Source of the DNA: Nitrospirales bacterium
Lineage (GTDB): Bacteria; Nitrospirota; Nitrospiria; Nitrospirales; UBA8639
Reading direction: 5' to 3'
Length of the DNA stretch: 64,000 nucleotides
Assembly (NCBI GenBank): GCA_965203295.1
Contig: CBDBCZ010000019.1
Location: forward strand, 704,001-768,000
Under the pieces are notes generated by a model. It had not been told where the DNA came from, made no database searches, and saw only the letters and a program-made list of their open reading frames with translations. Shown here one piece after another: positions 31,796-41,505 of this stretch (positions are counted from its first letter, which is position 1; each line of letters opens with the position of its first letter). Made by a program: the position numbers and the translations under genes.

Positions 31796-32335
31796 TCATG
31801 TAACCTCAAGTTCCTCAATGACAATCTCGTGATTGGTATAAATGTCAATGCCTGCAGCCACCTTCATGGATTCTTCAACGATCTGTCGTGCCCCTAACTC
31901 GGAATGTGTCAGGAGAACTCTGGAGGCGGCCAGCGCGTAGGGTCCTCCTGATCCAATAGCGAGAATACCATCTTCGGGCTCTACCACATCTCCATTGCCA
32001 GAAATAATAAATGAATGATCAGCGTCAGCGACGGCGAGCAAGGCTTCGAGACGCCTCAGCACACGATCGGTTCGCCAGTCCTTGGCTAACTCCACGGCTG
32101 CCCTTGTTAAATTACCTCGATATTCTTCTAATTTGACTTCAAATTTTTCAAAAAGCGTAAACGCATCAGCTGTCGCTCCCGCAAAACCAGCTAACATCTG
32201 GTCGTGATGCATTCTCCGAAGCTTACGAGCATTGCTTTTCATGACGGTCGTTCCCACGGTTACTTGGCCATCGGATCCCATTGCAACCGTTCCAAGGCGT
32301 CTTACAGAGAGGATAGTGGTTGATCGTATTTTCAT
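31796..32335 (-). CDS. hslV: ATP-dependent protease subunit HslV
   Basis: [39 protein letters not shown]. Confidence 0.98.
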   Translation of the reverse strand: MKIRSTTILSVRRLGTVAMGSDGQVTVGTTVMKSNARKLRRMHHDQMLAGFAGATADAFTLFEKFEVKLEEYRGNLTRAAVELAKDWRTDRVLRRLEALLAVADADHSFIISGNGDVVEPEDGILAIGSGGPYALAASRVLLTHSELGARQIVEESMKVAAGIDIYTNHEIVIEELEVT

Positions 32336-32351
32336 GACGTTAGGTGATAGG

Positions 32352-33317
32352 TTACGGTCGTCGTGATGCCAATTTTCCTGAACGAGGGTGGGCCTGATCG
32401 TAAACCTCCATGAGCCGATCGGTCGCGAGATGGGTATATTTTTGCGTTGTCGCTAATGAGGCATGACCTAACATTTCTTGAATCACACGTAAATCCGCTC
32501 CTTCATCAAGAAGATGGGTGGCAAAAGAATGCCGGAGGACATGGGGTGAAACGGATCCTCCAGAAAGACGGAGGGAATACTTTTTCACAAGGCGTTCCAC
32601 ACTTCGAGCCGACAACCGACCTCCGCGTAAGTTGCGGAACAGGGGATTCCCATGGGATTGCCTATCCACCTGTGAAAGGGATCCTTGTTTTTCTTCGTCT
32701 TTTACTCTTTTAATCAGAGGAATCCGATCTTGATATTCCCGTATCGCGTCAATGGCTACGTTCCCAACAGGCACAACACGCTCTTTCTTCCCTTTGCCCC
32801 GAAGTGTGACGATCCCCTCGGAAAGATTGATATCCTCGGTATTCATCCCTACCAACTCACTGACCCGTGCACCCGTAGAGTACAATGTTTCCATGATGGC
32901 TCGATCTCGAATGGCTCCAAGAGATCCTTCCGAGGGGAATTCCATCAAACTGTTGGCATCATCTTTCGTCAGAACCTTTGGAAGATGGCTTCCGAGGCGT
33001 GGAGTCCGAACCTGTCCCGCGGGATTGACTGTTACTCGTCCTTCCTGGATTAAAAACCGATAAAAGCTCCGAAGTGACGAGAGCTTTCGTCCTAACGTGC
33101 TCTTCTTTTCTTGTCTATCTGATAACCATCCTAAAAAGCTTCGAATGGTCAGAATATCAATTTCCTGCGGCGAAGGGGAATGCGTATCCGAAGACCTAAG
33201 AGATCGAAGAAACGAGAGGAATTGTCGAAGGTCTGAACGATAACTGCGAATCGTCTCGCGTGAAGCCTCCCGCTCCAAATGAAGATGTGTCACAAACGCG
33301 CGAATTGCGTCTTCCAT
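32352..33317 (-). CDS. xerC: Tyrosine recombinase XerC
   Basis: [40 protein letters not shown]; trmFO-xerC-hslVU context. Confidence 0.92.
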   Translation of the reverse strand: MEDAIRAFVTHLHLEREASRETIRSYRSDLRQFLSFLRSLRSSDTHSPSPQEIDILTIRSFLGWLSDRQEKKSTLGRKLSSLRSFYRFLIQEGRVTVNPAGQVRTPRLGSHLPKVLTKDDANSLMEFPSEGSLGAIRDRAIMETLYSTGARVSELVGMNTEDINLSEGIVTLRGKGKKERVVPVGNVAIDAIREYQDRIPLIKRVKDEEKQGSLSQVDRQSHGNPLFRNLRGGRLSARSVERLVKKYSLRLSGGSVSPHVLRHSFATHLLDEGADLRVIQEMLGHASLATTQKYTHLATDRLMEVYDQAHPRSGKLASRRP

Positions 33318-34618
33318 GCATCAAACTCGCTCAAAGCCCTTTGTTGAATCATATGTCGCTTTTGGGCTTTATCACGCACGACTTGGGGAAGAGGGGGGAA
33401 CAGCCCGAAATTGGTATTGACGGGTTGGAAATACCGAGCATCGCTCGTGGTGATGTAGTGAATCAATGCTCCATGAGCCGTTTCGGAAGGAGGAACGACA
33501 CAGGGTTGCCCGGCGAGGGTTCGGGCCGCATTGATGCCAGCTAATCCTCCTGTTGCTGCGGATTCTACATACCCCTCTACGCCAATCAGACATCCGGCTA
33601 AGAACATGGTATCTCGCATCTTTAATTGCAATGTGTTCTTGAGGAGGTGAGGAGAATTGACGAAGGTATTGCGATGAATACTCCCATACCTCAAAAACTC
33701 TGCTTTCTCCAAACCGGGGATCATTTGAAAAATACGTCGCTGTTCGGGATACGTGAGCTTTGTTTGAAATCCCACCATGTTATAACAAGAACCATGACGA
33801 TTTTCTGCCCGTAATTGCAAGACCGCATGAGCTTGTTTTCCCGAATGAGGAACTTGAAGCCCCACTGGTTTCATCGGGCCATAAAGCAGAGTTTGACGTC
33901 CTCGGTCAGCCATCACCTCGACTGGGATGCAGCTCTCGAAATAAGGAATCTTTTCAAAGTCTTTGGACACAACTTTCTCGGCGCCGACCATGGCATCGTA
34001 AAAGTTATTATACGTGTTCTCATCCATCGGACAATTCAGGTAATCAGGACCTCCTTTGTTATAACGAGATGCCCGGAAGGCCACGTTCATATCGATGGAT
34101 TCGGCATCAATGATAGGGGAAATGGCATCGTAAAAGGCCAAGTGCTTGATGCCTGTAATGTTGCCTAAGGATTTTGCTAATTGGTCAGAAGTCAGGGGGC
34201 CTGTTGCCACAATACACAACCCATCATTGGGAATATCTGCTATTTCCTCTCGAATGATCTGAATATTGGGATGCCCCTCTAATGTTCGCGTGATGTATTG
34301 TGCAAACACTTCACGATCGACCGCCAAGGCTGTTCCAGCTGGAACTCGAGCCTCTTCTGCCGCACGAATGATTAAAGAATTTAAGCGGCGCATTTCCTCT
34401 TTGAGAATGCCTGGCGCACTCGTCTCTTCACCGGAACCCAGGGAATTTGAACAAACCAATTCAGCTAAATAGCTTGTCTTATGGGCTGGTGTTCCCTCTT
34501 TCGGACGCATTTCAAAAAGAGTCACTCTTGCACCATAATTAGCGGCCTGCCAAGCCGCCTCGGAGCCCGCCAGGCCTCCTCCAACAATGACCACATTATC
34601 CTGCATGAGCTGACGCAT
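33290..34618 (-). CDS. trmFO: Folate/FAD-dependent tRNA (uracil-54) methyltransferase
   Basis: GGGLAGSEAAWQ, AELVCSNS, YFESC.P.E, RYG.IHRNTF, GVEGYVES. Confidence 0.97.
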   Translation of the reverse strand: MRQLMQDNVVIVGGGLAGSEAAWQAANYGARVTLFEMRPKEGTPAHKTSYLAELVCSNSLGSGEETSAPGILKEEMRRLNSLIIRAAEEARVPAGTALAVDREVFAQYITRTLEGHPNIQIIREEIADIPNDGLCIVATGPLTSDQLAKSLGNITGIKHLAFYDAISPIIDAESIDMNVAFRASRYNKGGPDYLNCPMDENTYNNFYDAMVGAEKVVSKDFEKIPYFESCIPVEVMADRGRQTLLYGPMKPVGLQVPHSGKQAHAVLQLRAENRHGSCYNMVGFQTKLTYPEQRRIFQMIPGLEKAEFLRYGSIHRNTFVNSPHLLKNTLQLKMRDTMFLAGCLIGVEGYVESAATGGLAGINAARTLAGQPCVVPPSETAHGALIHYITTSDARYFQPVNTNFGLFPPLPQVVRDKAQKRHMIQQRALSEFDAWKTQFARL

Positions 34619-34643
34619 CCTCTCGGATTTTCAGAAAAGAGGA

Positions 34644-34672
34644 ATTCTAGGAGCCAGGAAAAATCCTGTCAA
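34644..34672 (-). promoter_or_regulatory. Sigma70-type promoter for trmFO-xerC-hslVU
   Basis: Minus strand TTGACA-17 bp-TAGAAT just upstream of trmFO. Confidence 0.75.
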
Positions 34673-34780
34673 GGAAGAGGGGAAAAGGGTTTGGAATCTA
34701 AGAATCGAGATGAAAGAAACTGCCTCTTAATATCTGAAGTACCTATTCCGTGAAAAGGTCATTTTTTTATTAAATCCTTA

Positions 34781-34969
34781 GCGGGGTTTCGCCCCCGTAC
34801 GACGAGGTCCTTTTGTTTCGGCAAAAGGACCCAAAACCATTCCTGCCCGTGCGCGGCCCTGTGGGTTCCTTCGCCCCGGACCGAATCTCATGGCTGCGGA
34901 ACTCGCTTCGCTCAGACAGTCCTCGCCGAATTGTCGAATTCGGTACCATGGCTCAGCCGCGCCTAAGGC
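34781..34969 (-). repeat. Structured repeat, copy C
   Basis: Shares GAGGTCCTTTTGTTTCGGCAAAAGGACCCAAAACCATT and GGCTGCGGAACTCGCT.CGCTCA.ACAGTCCTC with the other copies. Confidence 0.92.
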
Positions 34970-35465
34970 TCTGGATCGAGAGAAAATTAATGAATTCCCT
35001 ATGGGTCATGATCCTAGTGCCGCTTGCTTTTTCAAGTTTATCGCGCCGTTCATTATTCATGAAAGCATGTTGGTCATTAGACACGAAGACATCACGTTGC
35101 TCCCGGATATGAGCCTCCAAGATCATAGCATCGCGGAGTTGTTGTTTCTGACCTTCTGTCAACGCGTATCGTCTGTCAGGCTTTGGAAAGGATCCGGAAG
35201 AAATAATTGCGAGAATGTTTTCCAAATCCAGAGTGCTAGCTGTGGAAGCGGATTCCAGCGCCCATTCGCCTTCATCCCAATTCGATTCATCCCACACGAC
35301 TCTCTCGGGTACTACTTGAAGCGGGGTAATAGAAACCTCAAAGCTAGTGTCACGTACTTCGCGAGCCGTTACGGACACGATGGCAAACTCAACGTCACAG
35401 CCATTTGTTCGCTCGATCAGATCGTCTGCTGGAAGCACGTTGGTATCAAGTGTAACTCTAAGCAT
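34953..35465 (-). CDS. PIN-domain-like protein, no adjacent antitoxin
   Basis: TLDTNV, V..RE, RDAMILEAH, VFVSND acidic residues in PIN spacing. Confidence 0.7.
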   Translation of the reverse strand: MLRVTLDTNVLPADDLIERTNGCDVEFAIVSVTAREVRDTSFEVSITPLQVVPERVVWDESNWDEGEWALESASTASTLDLENILAIISSGSFPKPDRRYALTEGQKQQLRDAMILEAHIREQRDVFVSNDQHAFMNNERRDKLEKASGTRIMTHREFINFLSIQSLRRG

Positions 35466-35640
35466 CAGTACTCATAATCCGGGGTGGTCTAACGCCGCGC
35501 ATCAATTGCTCCGGCCAAGGATGCCGTTAATATCGATCGTAGGCATCTAACTACAGATTATCTTTTCTGTATAAGTCCCTGAATCTTCTACTTGCACAGT
35601 ATATGCTGCTCAAATGGGTCTGACAATGAAGGAGAATTCT

Positions 35641-35844
35641 CGCCTTTGGTGTGGCCGAGAAGCACAGCGGACTCCGGAAGAACGGCGAGGACTGTCTGAG
35701 CGAAGCGAGTTCCGCAGCCGCCGGAGTCCGTGAGCATCGCAGGGAACCCGAAGGCCTTAGGCTGAGGGCCATACCAAGGCGAAAATGGTTTTGGGTCCTT
35801 TTGCCGAAACAAAAGGACCTCGACTGCCGTGGCGAAACCCGGCA
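35641..35844 (+). repeat. Structured repeat, copy D (divergent, inverted relative to C)
   Basis: GAGGACTGTCTGAGCGAAGCGAGTTCCGCAGCC and AATGGTTTTGGGTCCTTTTGCCGAAACAAAAGGACCTCG conserved. Confidence 0.92.
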
Positions 35845-35848
35845 TCAA

Positions 35849-36691
35849 CTATGATTTTAATCCCAACCCACTTGCGAGGGGTTCTAATGCTTGGATCACC
35901 CGGTCGTGACAAACTCCGTTCGATGCTACGAGACCTGTTCTGTTCTTCAAATTACCTTCTCCATACACTAACTCATTTCCCAATATATTAGTAAATCGAC
36001 CTCCTGCCCCTTTTATGATAGCCTCAGGACCACAAGAATCCCAGGCGCTGGTATAAGGACCTGGTTCCACATAGATATCTGCTTTCCCCTCAGAGATAAG
36101 ACCGATTTTTAACCCCACACTCCCACAGCGAATTTCTTTTCCAATTCCGAGACTATCCCGAACATCATCGATTTCTGCATGCCGGTGGGAACGTGATACC
36201 GCGAGACAACTATCTTGAGGTGAATTGATTGACGAGACAGACAAGATCTTGCTCTCCCCGGATATTTCGAGCCAGGCCTGGCCCTCGGTTAGACCACTGT
36301 AGAGAAGATGCCTGTCGGGACGATAGACGACCCCGAGCTGAGCTTGACCGTTGATGGCTAACCCAATCATCACGGAAAACTCTCCATTTTTGGCCACGAA
36401 TTCCCGAGTCCCATCCAACGGATCGACAAACCACACCCGTCCATTGGTTAGTGTCCCAGAAGGACGAGGGCTCTCCTCGGCAACCACCACATCTTGGGGG
36501 AAGGCCTTGTGCAGGCCCTGAACAATCATCTGATTGGCTAGCCTGTCTGCCTCTGTGACAGGGTCGCCAATACCCTTGAAGTCCACGATAAAGTCCGTGG
36601 CGTATATTTCCATAATCCTTGTTCCGGCTTGCCGAGCGAGTGCTTTTGCCACCTGCAGTTCTTGAGAAAGATCTTGGATCGGCATGTTCAC
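35849..36691 (-). CDS. cysQ: 3'(2'),5'-bisphosphate nucleotidase CysQ
   Basis: DPVTEAD, EE, WFVDPLDGTREF, SRSH, GSVGLK, WD. Confidence 0.9.
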   Translation of the reverse strand: MNMPIQDLSQELQVAKALARQAGTRIMEIYATDFIVDFKGIGDPVTEADRLANQMIVQGLHKAFPQDVVVAEESPRPSGTLTNGRVWFVDPLDGTREFVAKNGEFSVMIGLAINGQAQLGVVYRPDRHLLYSGLTEGQAWLEISGESKILSVSSINSPQDSCLAVSRSHRHAEIDDVRDSLGIGKEIRCGSVGLKIGLISEGKADIYVEPGPYTSAWDSCGPEAIIKGAGGRFTNILGNELVYGEGNLKNRTGLVASNGVCHDRVIQALEPLASGLGLKS

Positions 36692-36832
36692 GAGAATACC
36701 TCATGTTCAAGGACAACCAATACAAAGCTCCATCCTTTACGATCGTTCCTCGATCCATCTGGATCGCGTAACTCAAGAAGGATGTTGATATGTACCGTAT
36801 GCCTTTGTGAGCGTTTAGAAAACTCCAATCGC

Positions 36833-39800
36833 TCATGCACATTTCGGGATGGAACGAACGGACACCCCATCAAGAGTTTCCTGGAACCATTTGGAAACAT
36901 GAGGGTGGCATGTAAAAACCAAGATTTGATGCGTGACAGAAATCTCCCCGAAAACTTTTATCGCAGCTTTGGCGCGATTCGGGTCAAAATTGACAAAAAT
37001 GTCATCCACCACAAGAGGGAGAGGACCAGCGTGCTTGGCATACTCACGGACAAATGCCAAACGCATCGCCAGGTACAATTGCTCCGCGGTCCCTCTGCTG
37101 AGACGGTCGGTCGTTTGGGCTTTACCATTCGCGGTCTCAACTTCCAGGCGCATTTCTCCAAAAGGGACCATGACCCGAGTATACCGTCCGTTCGTCATGA
37201 TATTAAAAAACTTTGACGCTTCTCGCAGCACGGCTGGCTGTCGTTCTTTTTCATAAATTTGCCGAGCCTTCTCGAGTAGATATTGACAAATCGCTTTTGC
37301 CGCCCACCGTTGGGCTTGTTGATCCAATTGCGCCAGAAGCGACTGACGCTCTAACAACGTTGCTGAGAGTCGTTCTTTTTGCTCTAAATTTTGAATCTGC
37401 TGTTCAACTCGGCCTTTCTCCTGCAAATGTTTTGTGAGAATCTCCCCCAATCGCTGCTGTTCTTCCCTGTTAATATCCTCCAATTCTTGCTCCAATTCCG
37501 CTCTATTCCTTAAGGAAAGAATGCCTTCCATTTCTTGATACCGTTCCGGCGAGCCCACGTGAATCCGTAGTGCCACTTCAAGTTGGCGTTGCTGTCCTTG
37601 CAATTCAACCTGTCGTGCATGCAGGACAGCTCTTCTTCGAAATGTTTCGGGATCATGGGCTCCTCCAGCTTTAAGAAGTGCATTCAGTTGCTCAACAGAC
37701 CGCGCCTTTTCCGCTTTTCCTATTTCCAATTCTGAGAGTTTTTCCTTGATCATTTGGTTGAGCCGGTCAAGTTCTAAGCTTGCGCTCAAACTTTCATCTA
37801 GAGCCTTTCTGAGCGCCATCAAACTTGAGGGGGTATCCGCAAGACTGACCGGACTCCACCCACATTTTTGCAAAATGGAATTGATTTTGGTCGTGGTATC
37901 CTCAGCTTGTACCTCAAGTCGTTGAAGTTCTGAGGTCACGTCTCGCCACTCACCCAGTTGAACTTGAGCTCGCTCCGCTCCTGAAAGGACCTCCAAAGCT
38001 CCGTCTGGTGTCAGTTCTTCCGATAACCCCATTGAAGTCAGAAAGGTGGCCCATGCGTGTTGAGCGACATCACGACTTTGCTCGGCCTGCTTTCGGATTT
38101 TGCTGGCTGCTTCGCTCTTCTCTAGTACCTTCACCAATGTCTCTTCCTCAGCCTGAATCCTGAGGTTCAGGTCTTCTTGACGTTCAGTTAACCGCCGTTC
38201 AGCCTCCAGAGTACGAAAGGCAGCCTCCGCGGAATCTGGTCTACTGAGTTCTGTCCCCAGAGTATGCTGACTCAGCATGTTCATTTCTTTTTCAAGGCGC
38301 TGCTCTTCCTGATTCATCTGGCTCTGTTCTTGTTGAAGATCTTCGAGGCGGGTCAACAACATTTTAAAATGAGAACGGAGTTTATGAAGCCGTGCTTCGC
38401 GTTGACTGTGCAAATCATGCCGCCACCAGGCCAAAAGCCCGACAGCCAAAATTCCCGCTGTGGCCAAAATAATGGCACTGAAAAATTCTTGTTGGAATCC
38501 CGAGAATGTTGAGGGAATCACGAAGACGATACCCAAAATGACCAAGACCCAGGGGGAGAGGCCTTTTTGATTCTCTGTGATCACCATTTCTTTCTTGTGG
38601 GTAAGAATCTGTTCTTCCAACGCCGTGGCTTGACCTTGAACATCTTGATGATGTTGTTGGGCCAATTCCAATCTGTGTTGGAATTGAAACCATTGACGAA
38701 GAGCCTGTTCCCGTTCTTCCAGCGGAGGTCTGTCAGGCATTTGCAGGGAAGTTAAATATTCTAACTTCTCCTGAAGTCGTTCTAGTGCACTCTCTTTCTC
38801 TTTTCTTGTCTTATTAACCTCTTCCTGTGAACGAAGAGCCTCCAGTACTTCCTGCTTCTGAGAAACAAGCTCGTCCCGAAAACCTCGAATGCGCTCTCGA
38901 ATAGGGATTGTCGCCTCAAAACGATCCAATCGAGCATCGTTCCATGTTGGCCCAAGGCGAGTCAGAATTTCATCCAACACCTTTCGACGAAATGCCGCAC
39001 GAGAACGAAGGTCCAGCAAGGCTTCAAGGAGTCCATTTGATCGACCACGCAGTTCTTCTAAAGCCTCGATGTCTGCCTGATGGGCGAGGATTCTTGAGTC
39101 AGGACGCAATTCTTCTCGTCGTTCCTCAGCTTTGGCTATCGCCCGCTTCGTTTCATCAAGTCTGACTTCCACACTCGCTTCCGATCGGCTCAACTGTTCA
39201 AACCGTTCAACACCCCCAGCAGGAAAGCTTTCGACGGTCGGAAGATCTTTGAGTTCCTGTTGAACGACCTGAAGCCGTTCCCAGTCAGGCCTGGCCTTGA
39301 CCAAAGATTCCCCCCAATTGGCCTGCCTCTTGGCTTCTTCCAATTGTCTCTGATATTGCGAGATTTCTCGGTCCAAGACGACAAGACGGTCTCGAAGCCC
39401 GTAATAATCATCGGGGAGCGTTTGCAGCTCCCGAATGATGCCATGGGTCTCATCCAGTCGTTGAACCAATTGGTTAATGGCGGGTTTTTTCCCACCAGGC
39501 TTAAAGAGTTGACCTTGCTCATGTTCTAATGCATTCAGGACGGTGCTCAGGGGGGTGAGTCCGGTACCCATTCCCACTGTGTAAATATGATTATTCACTT
39601 CATCAGCTTGGAGAGTATCCAATCGTTCTAATTCACTAATCCCAAATGCAAAAACGTTGTGATAAAGAAATTTTGACGTTCCATACATCAGCTGTAGCAG
39701 TAACTCTTCATCTTTGGTTTCCTTAGGGTCAAGAACCGTCTGTTGAAAAGGAGACACATTTGTGACTTTGACTTGTCCACGAGACCCCGCGTCACTGCGG

Positions 39801-40057
39801 TCAACCCTGAACTGCTTGCCATCTTCGGTCATGACAACCAGTGTTCCGCCATGTCGACCGCCGCGAGCCGGTTCATAGCGGTTGTTTCCGCTTTTTCGGC
39901 CCTCAAAGCCAAATAATACGGCTCTGATAAAGGACATCAGAGTGGTTTTTCCGGCTTCATTGTATCCTTCAAAGACGGTAATGCCCGCGTTTAAATCCTT
40001 GAGGCTTATTCCATGAAAAATTCCAAATCCATCCAGAAACATTTCGGCGATTCGCAT
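36833..40057 (-). CDS. YhaN-like SMC/Rad50-type ATPase with central TM hairpin
   Basis: GYNEAGKTT, long coiled coils, LSRGTAEQLYLAMRLA, LVVDDIFVNFD, FTCH. Confidence 0.88.
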   Translation of the reverse strand: MRIAEMFLDGFGIFHGISLKDLNAGITVFEGYNEAGKTTLMSFIRAVLFGFEGRKSGNNRYEPARGGRHGGTLVVMTEDGKQFRVDRSDAGSRGQVKVTNVSPFQQTVLDPKETKDEELLLQLMYGTSKFLYHNVFAFGISELERLDTLQADEVNNHIYTVGMGTGLTPLSTVLNALEHEQGQLFKPGGKKPAINQLVQRLDETHGIIRELQTLPDDYYGLRDRLVVLDREISQYQRQLEEAKRQANWGESLVKARPDWERLQVVQQELKDLPTVESFPAGGVERFEQLSRSEASVEVRLDETKRAIAKAEERREELRPDSRILAHQADIEALEELRGRSNGLLEALLDLRSRAAFRRKVLDEILTRLGPTWNDARLDRFEATIPIRERIRGFRDELVSQKQEVLEALRSQEEVNKTRKEKESALERLQEKLEYLTSLQMPDRPPLEEREQALRQWFQFQHRLELAQQHHQDVQGQATALEEQILTHKKEMVITENQKGLSPWVLVILGIVFVIPSTFSGFQQEFFSAIILATAGILAVGLLAWWRHDLHSQREARLHKLRSHFKMLLTRLEDLQQEQSQMNQEEQRLEKEMNMLSQHTLGTELSRPDSAEAAFRTLEAERRLTERQEDLNLRIQAEEETLVKVLEKSEAASKIRKQAEQSRDVAQHAWATFLTSMGLSEELTPDGALEVLSGAERAQVQLGEWRDVTSELQRLEVQAEDTTTKINSILQKCGWSPVSLADTPSSLMALRKALDESLSASLELDRLNQMIKEKLSELEIGKAEKARSVEQLNALLKAGGAHDPETFRRRAVLHARQVELQGQQRQLEVALRIHVGSPERYQEMEGILSLRNRAELEQELEDINREEQQRLGEILTKHLQEKGRVEQQIQNLEQKERLSATLLERQSLLAQLDQQAQRWAAKAICQYLLEKARQIYEKERQPAVLREASKFFNIMTNGRYTRVMVPFGEMRLEVETANGKAQTTDRLSRGTAEQLYLAMRLAFVREYAKHAGPLPLVVDDIFVNFDPNRAKAAIKVFGEISVTHQILVFTCHPHVSKWFQETLDGVSVRSIPKCA

Positions 40058-40060
40058 GGA

Positions 40061-41320
40061 TTATTCCTCTCCTGCCAACAGCCGATTCAAGCCTAACTGC
40101 TCAGATATTTGAATCCACTGGAGAATGTGCTCCTCACGTGGTCCGCCAAGATAGCGGTGCATTCTTGGGTCGTCATACAGTACTCCGACCACTTGGCGAA
40201 GTTCTTCCACAAGTGAAGGCGAATGCTCTCCCGCCAATCGCAAGAAGTCTCCAAGAAGATTTTCTTCTTGCCGAAGAGTTTGGATATCCACGTCTCGTGT
40301 GGTCAGATCGATCAACGATTCAGTCCAGACAAAACCTGATCCTGTTCCCCATTGGTCTCTTAATGTCGCGAGGAGATCTTCCAACCTACCTGGTCTTACC
40401 AATTTTCGGTGGAGAGAACCCCGGCCTTCCAATCTCCACCGAACCAATATCCCACGCCCCTCCCCCTGACGGCGAAGGTCTTGGAACCGATCGCCAAAGC
40501 GAGCCAGCAATTCTTCGAAATCCCTGAGGCCGTCAATGCTCAGACTTTCATCAAACCATCGAACGACATCCACGGGAACGAACTCAACTTGGGATCGCTC
40601 CTCAGCATTAACCTCGACCACGTAACATCCCCGTGGTCCGGATTCCCGAGGGTGTCTGCCCTGAGGATTCCCTGGATAAAGAATCACAGGATTGGCCTGG
40701 CGGAGGATCTTATGGGTATGAACATGACCCAGAGCCCAATAATCCATCCCAGTTTGCAACAGATCCTCTATCGTACATGGTGCATAATTCATGTGGTTGG
40801 TGTCTCCCCCAACATTCGCATGAAGGAGACCTATGGCCCAGGGAGCATCTTTTTCCTTCCGGAAAGTCCGAGCCAGATTGGTTGCGACATGATCAGTGTC
40901 ATAGCTGATGCCGTAGATCCTCGCAATTTCAAGGCCCTCTTCCACCACAGGTTTCGCTTCGACTTCATCGGACCCAAACACATAGACATTCTCCGGCCAG
41001 GTAAACTTAGCTCCCCAACCTGCTAAAGGATCATGATTTCCGTGGCAAAGGAAAACGGAGATGTCATGGTCCGCTAAGCGATAAAATTCGTTCCTCAACC
41101 TTGCCAGCGCACGAAGGCTTCGATCCGCGGCATCATGAATATCGCCAGCAATGACCAGAAAACTGGCTTCCCGCTTAATACAAAGATCGACAATACCCTC
41201 AACAGCCTTAAAAGTTGCTTCCCGCATGGTATTCTGGAGAGCAGGGGCTACCTCAGAAAGTCCTTTAAAAGGACTATCGACATGGAGATCGGCCGTATGG
41301 ACAAACCGGAACGGTTTCAT
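40061..41320 (-). CDS. YhaO/SbcD/Mre11-like metallophosphoesterase nuclease
   Basis: HTADLHVD, AGD, GNHD, DYWALGHVH, YPGNPQGR. Confidence 0.9.
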   Translation of the reverse strand: MKPFRFVHTADLHVDSPFKGLSEVAPALQNTMREATFKAVEGIVDLCIKREASFLVIAGDIHDAADRSLRALARLRNEFYRLADHDISVFLCHGNHDPLAGWGAKFTWPENVYVFGSDEVEAKPVVEEGLEIARIYGISYDTDHVATNLARTFRKEKDAPWAIGLLHANVGGDTNHMNYAPCTIEDLLQTGMDYWALGHVHTHKILRQANPVILYPGNPQGRHPRESGPRGCYVVEVNAEERSQVEFVPVDVVRWFDESLSIDGLRDFEELLARFGDRFQDLRRQGEGRGILVRWRLEGRGSLHRKLVRPGRLEDLLATLRDQWGTGSGFVWTESLIDLTTRDVDIQTLRQEENLLGDFLRLAGEHSPSLVEELRQVVGVLYDDPRMHRYLGGPREEHILQWIQISEQLGLNRLLAGEE

Positions 41321-41505
41321 AGAACGAGCACTCTGATTGCTAAATGGGGAATCTCCCTTGTTGCTTGTTAAACGAGTTCACCCGCCTTCGCGCTCGCCGC
41401 TATAGGCTTTGGCGACGGCTGTTCACACATTGATCCACTCTCCCTAGCAGACTACTGCGGAGGATGGGCATTCGTAGCTTTTCGCCAAGATGGGTGAGGG
41501 AGTAC

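Noticed and set aside
32352..33317. Integron integrase serving the attC-like site
   Set aside because: Motifs and trmFO-xerC-hslVU context indicate housekeeping XerC; no IntI-specific features were recognised.
36210..37216. Long overlapping ORFs (210 aa minus, 195 aa plus) and similar antisense ORFs throughout the window
   Set aside because: They overlap well-supported genes and show no recognisable motifs; treated as shadow ORFs.
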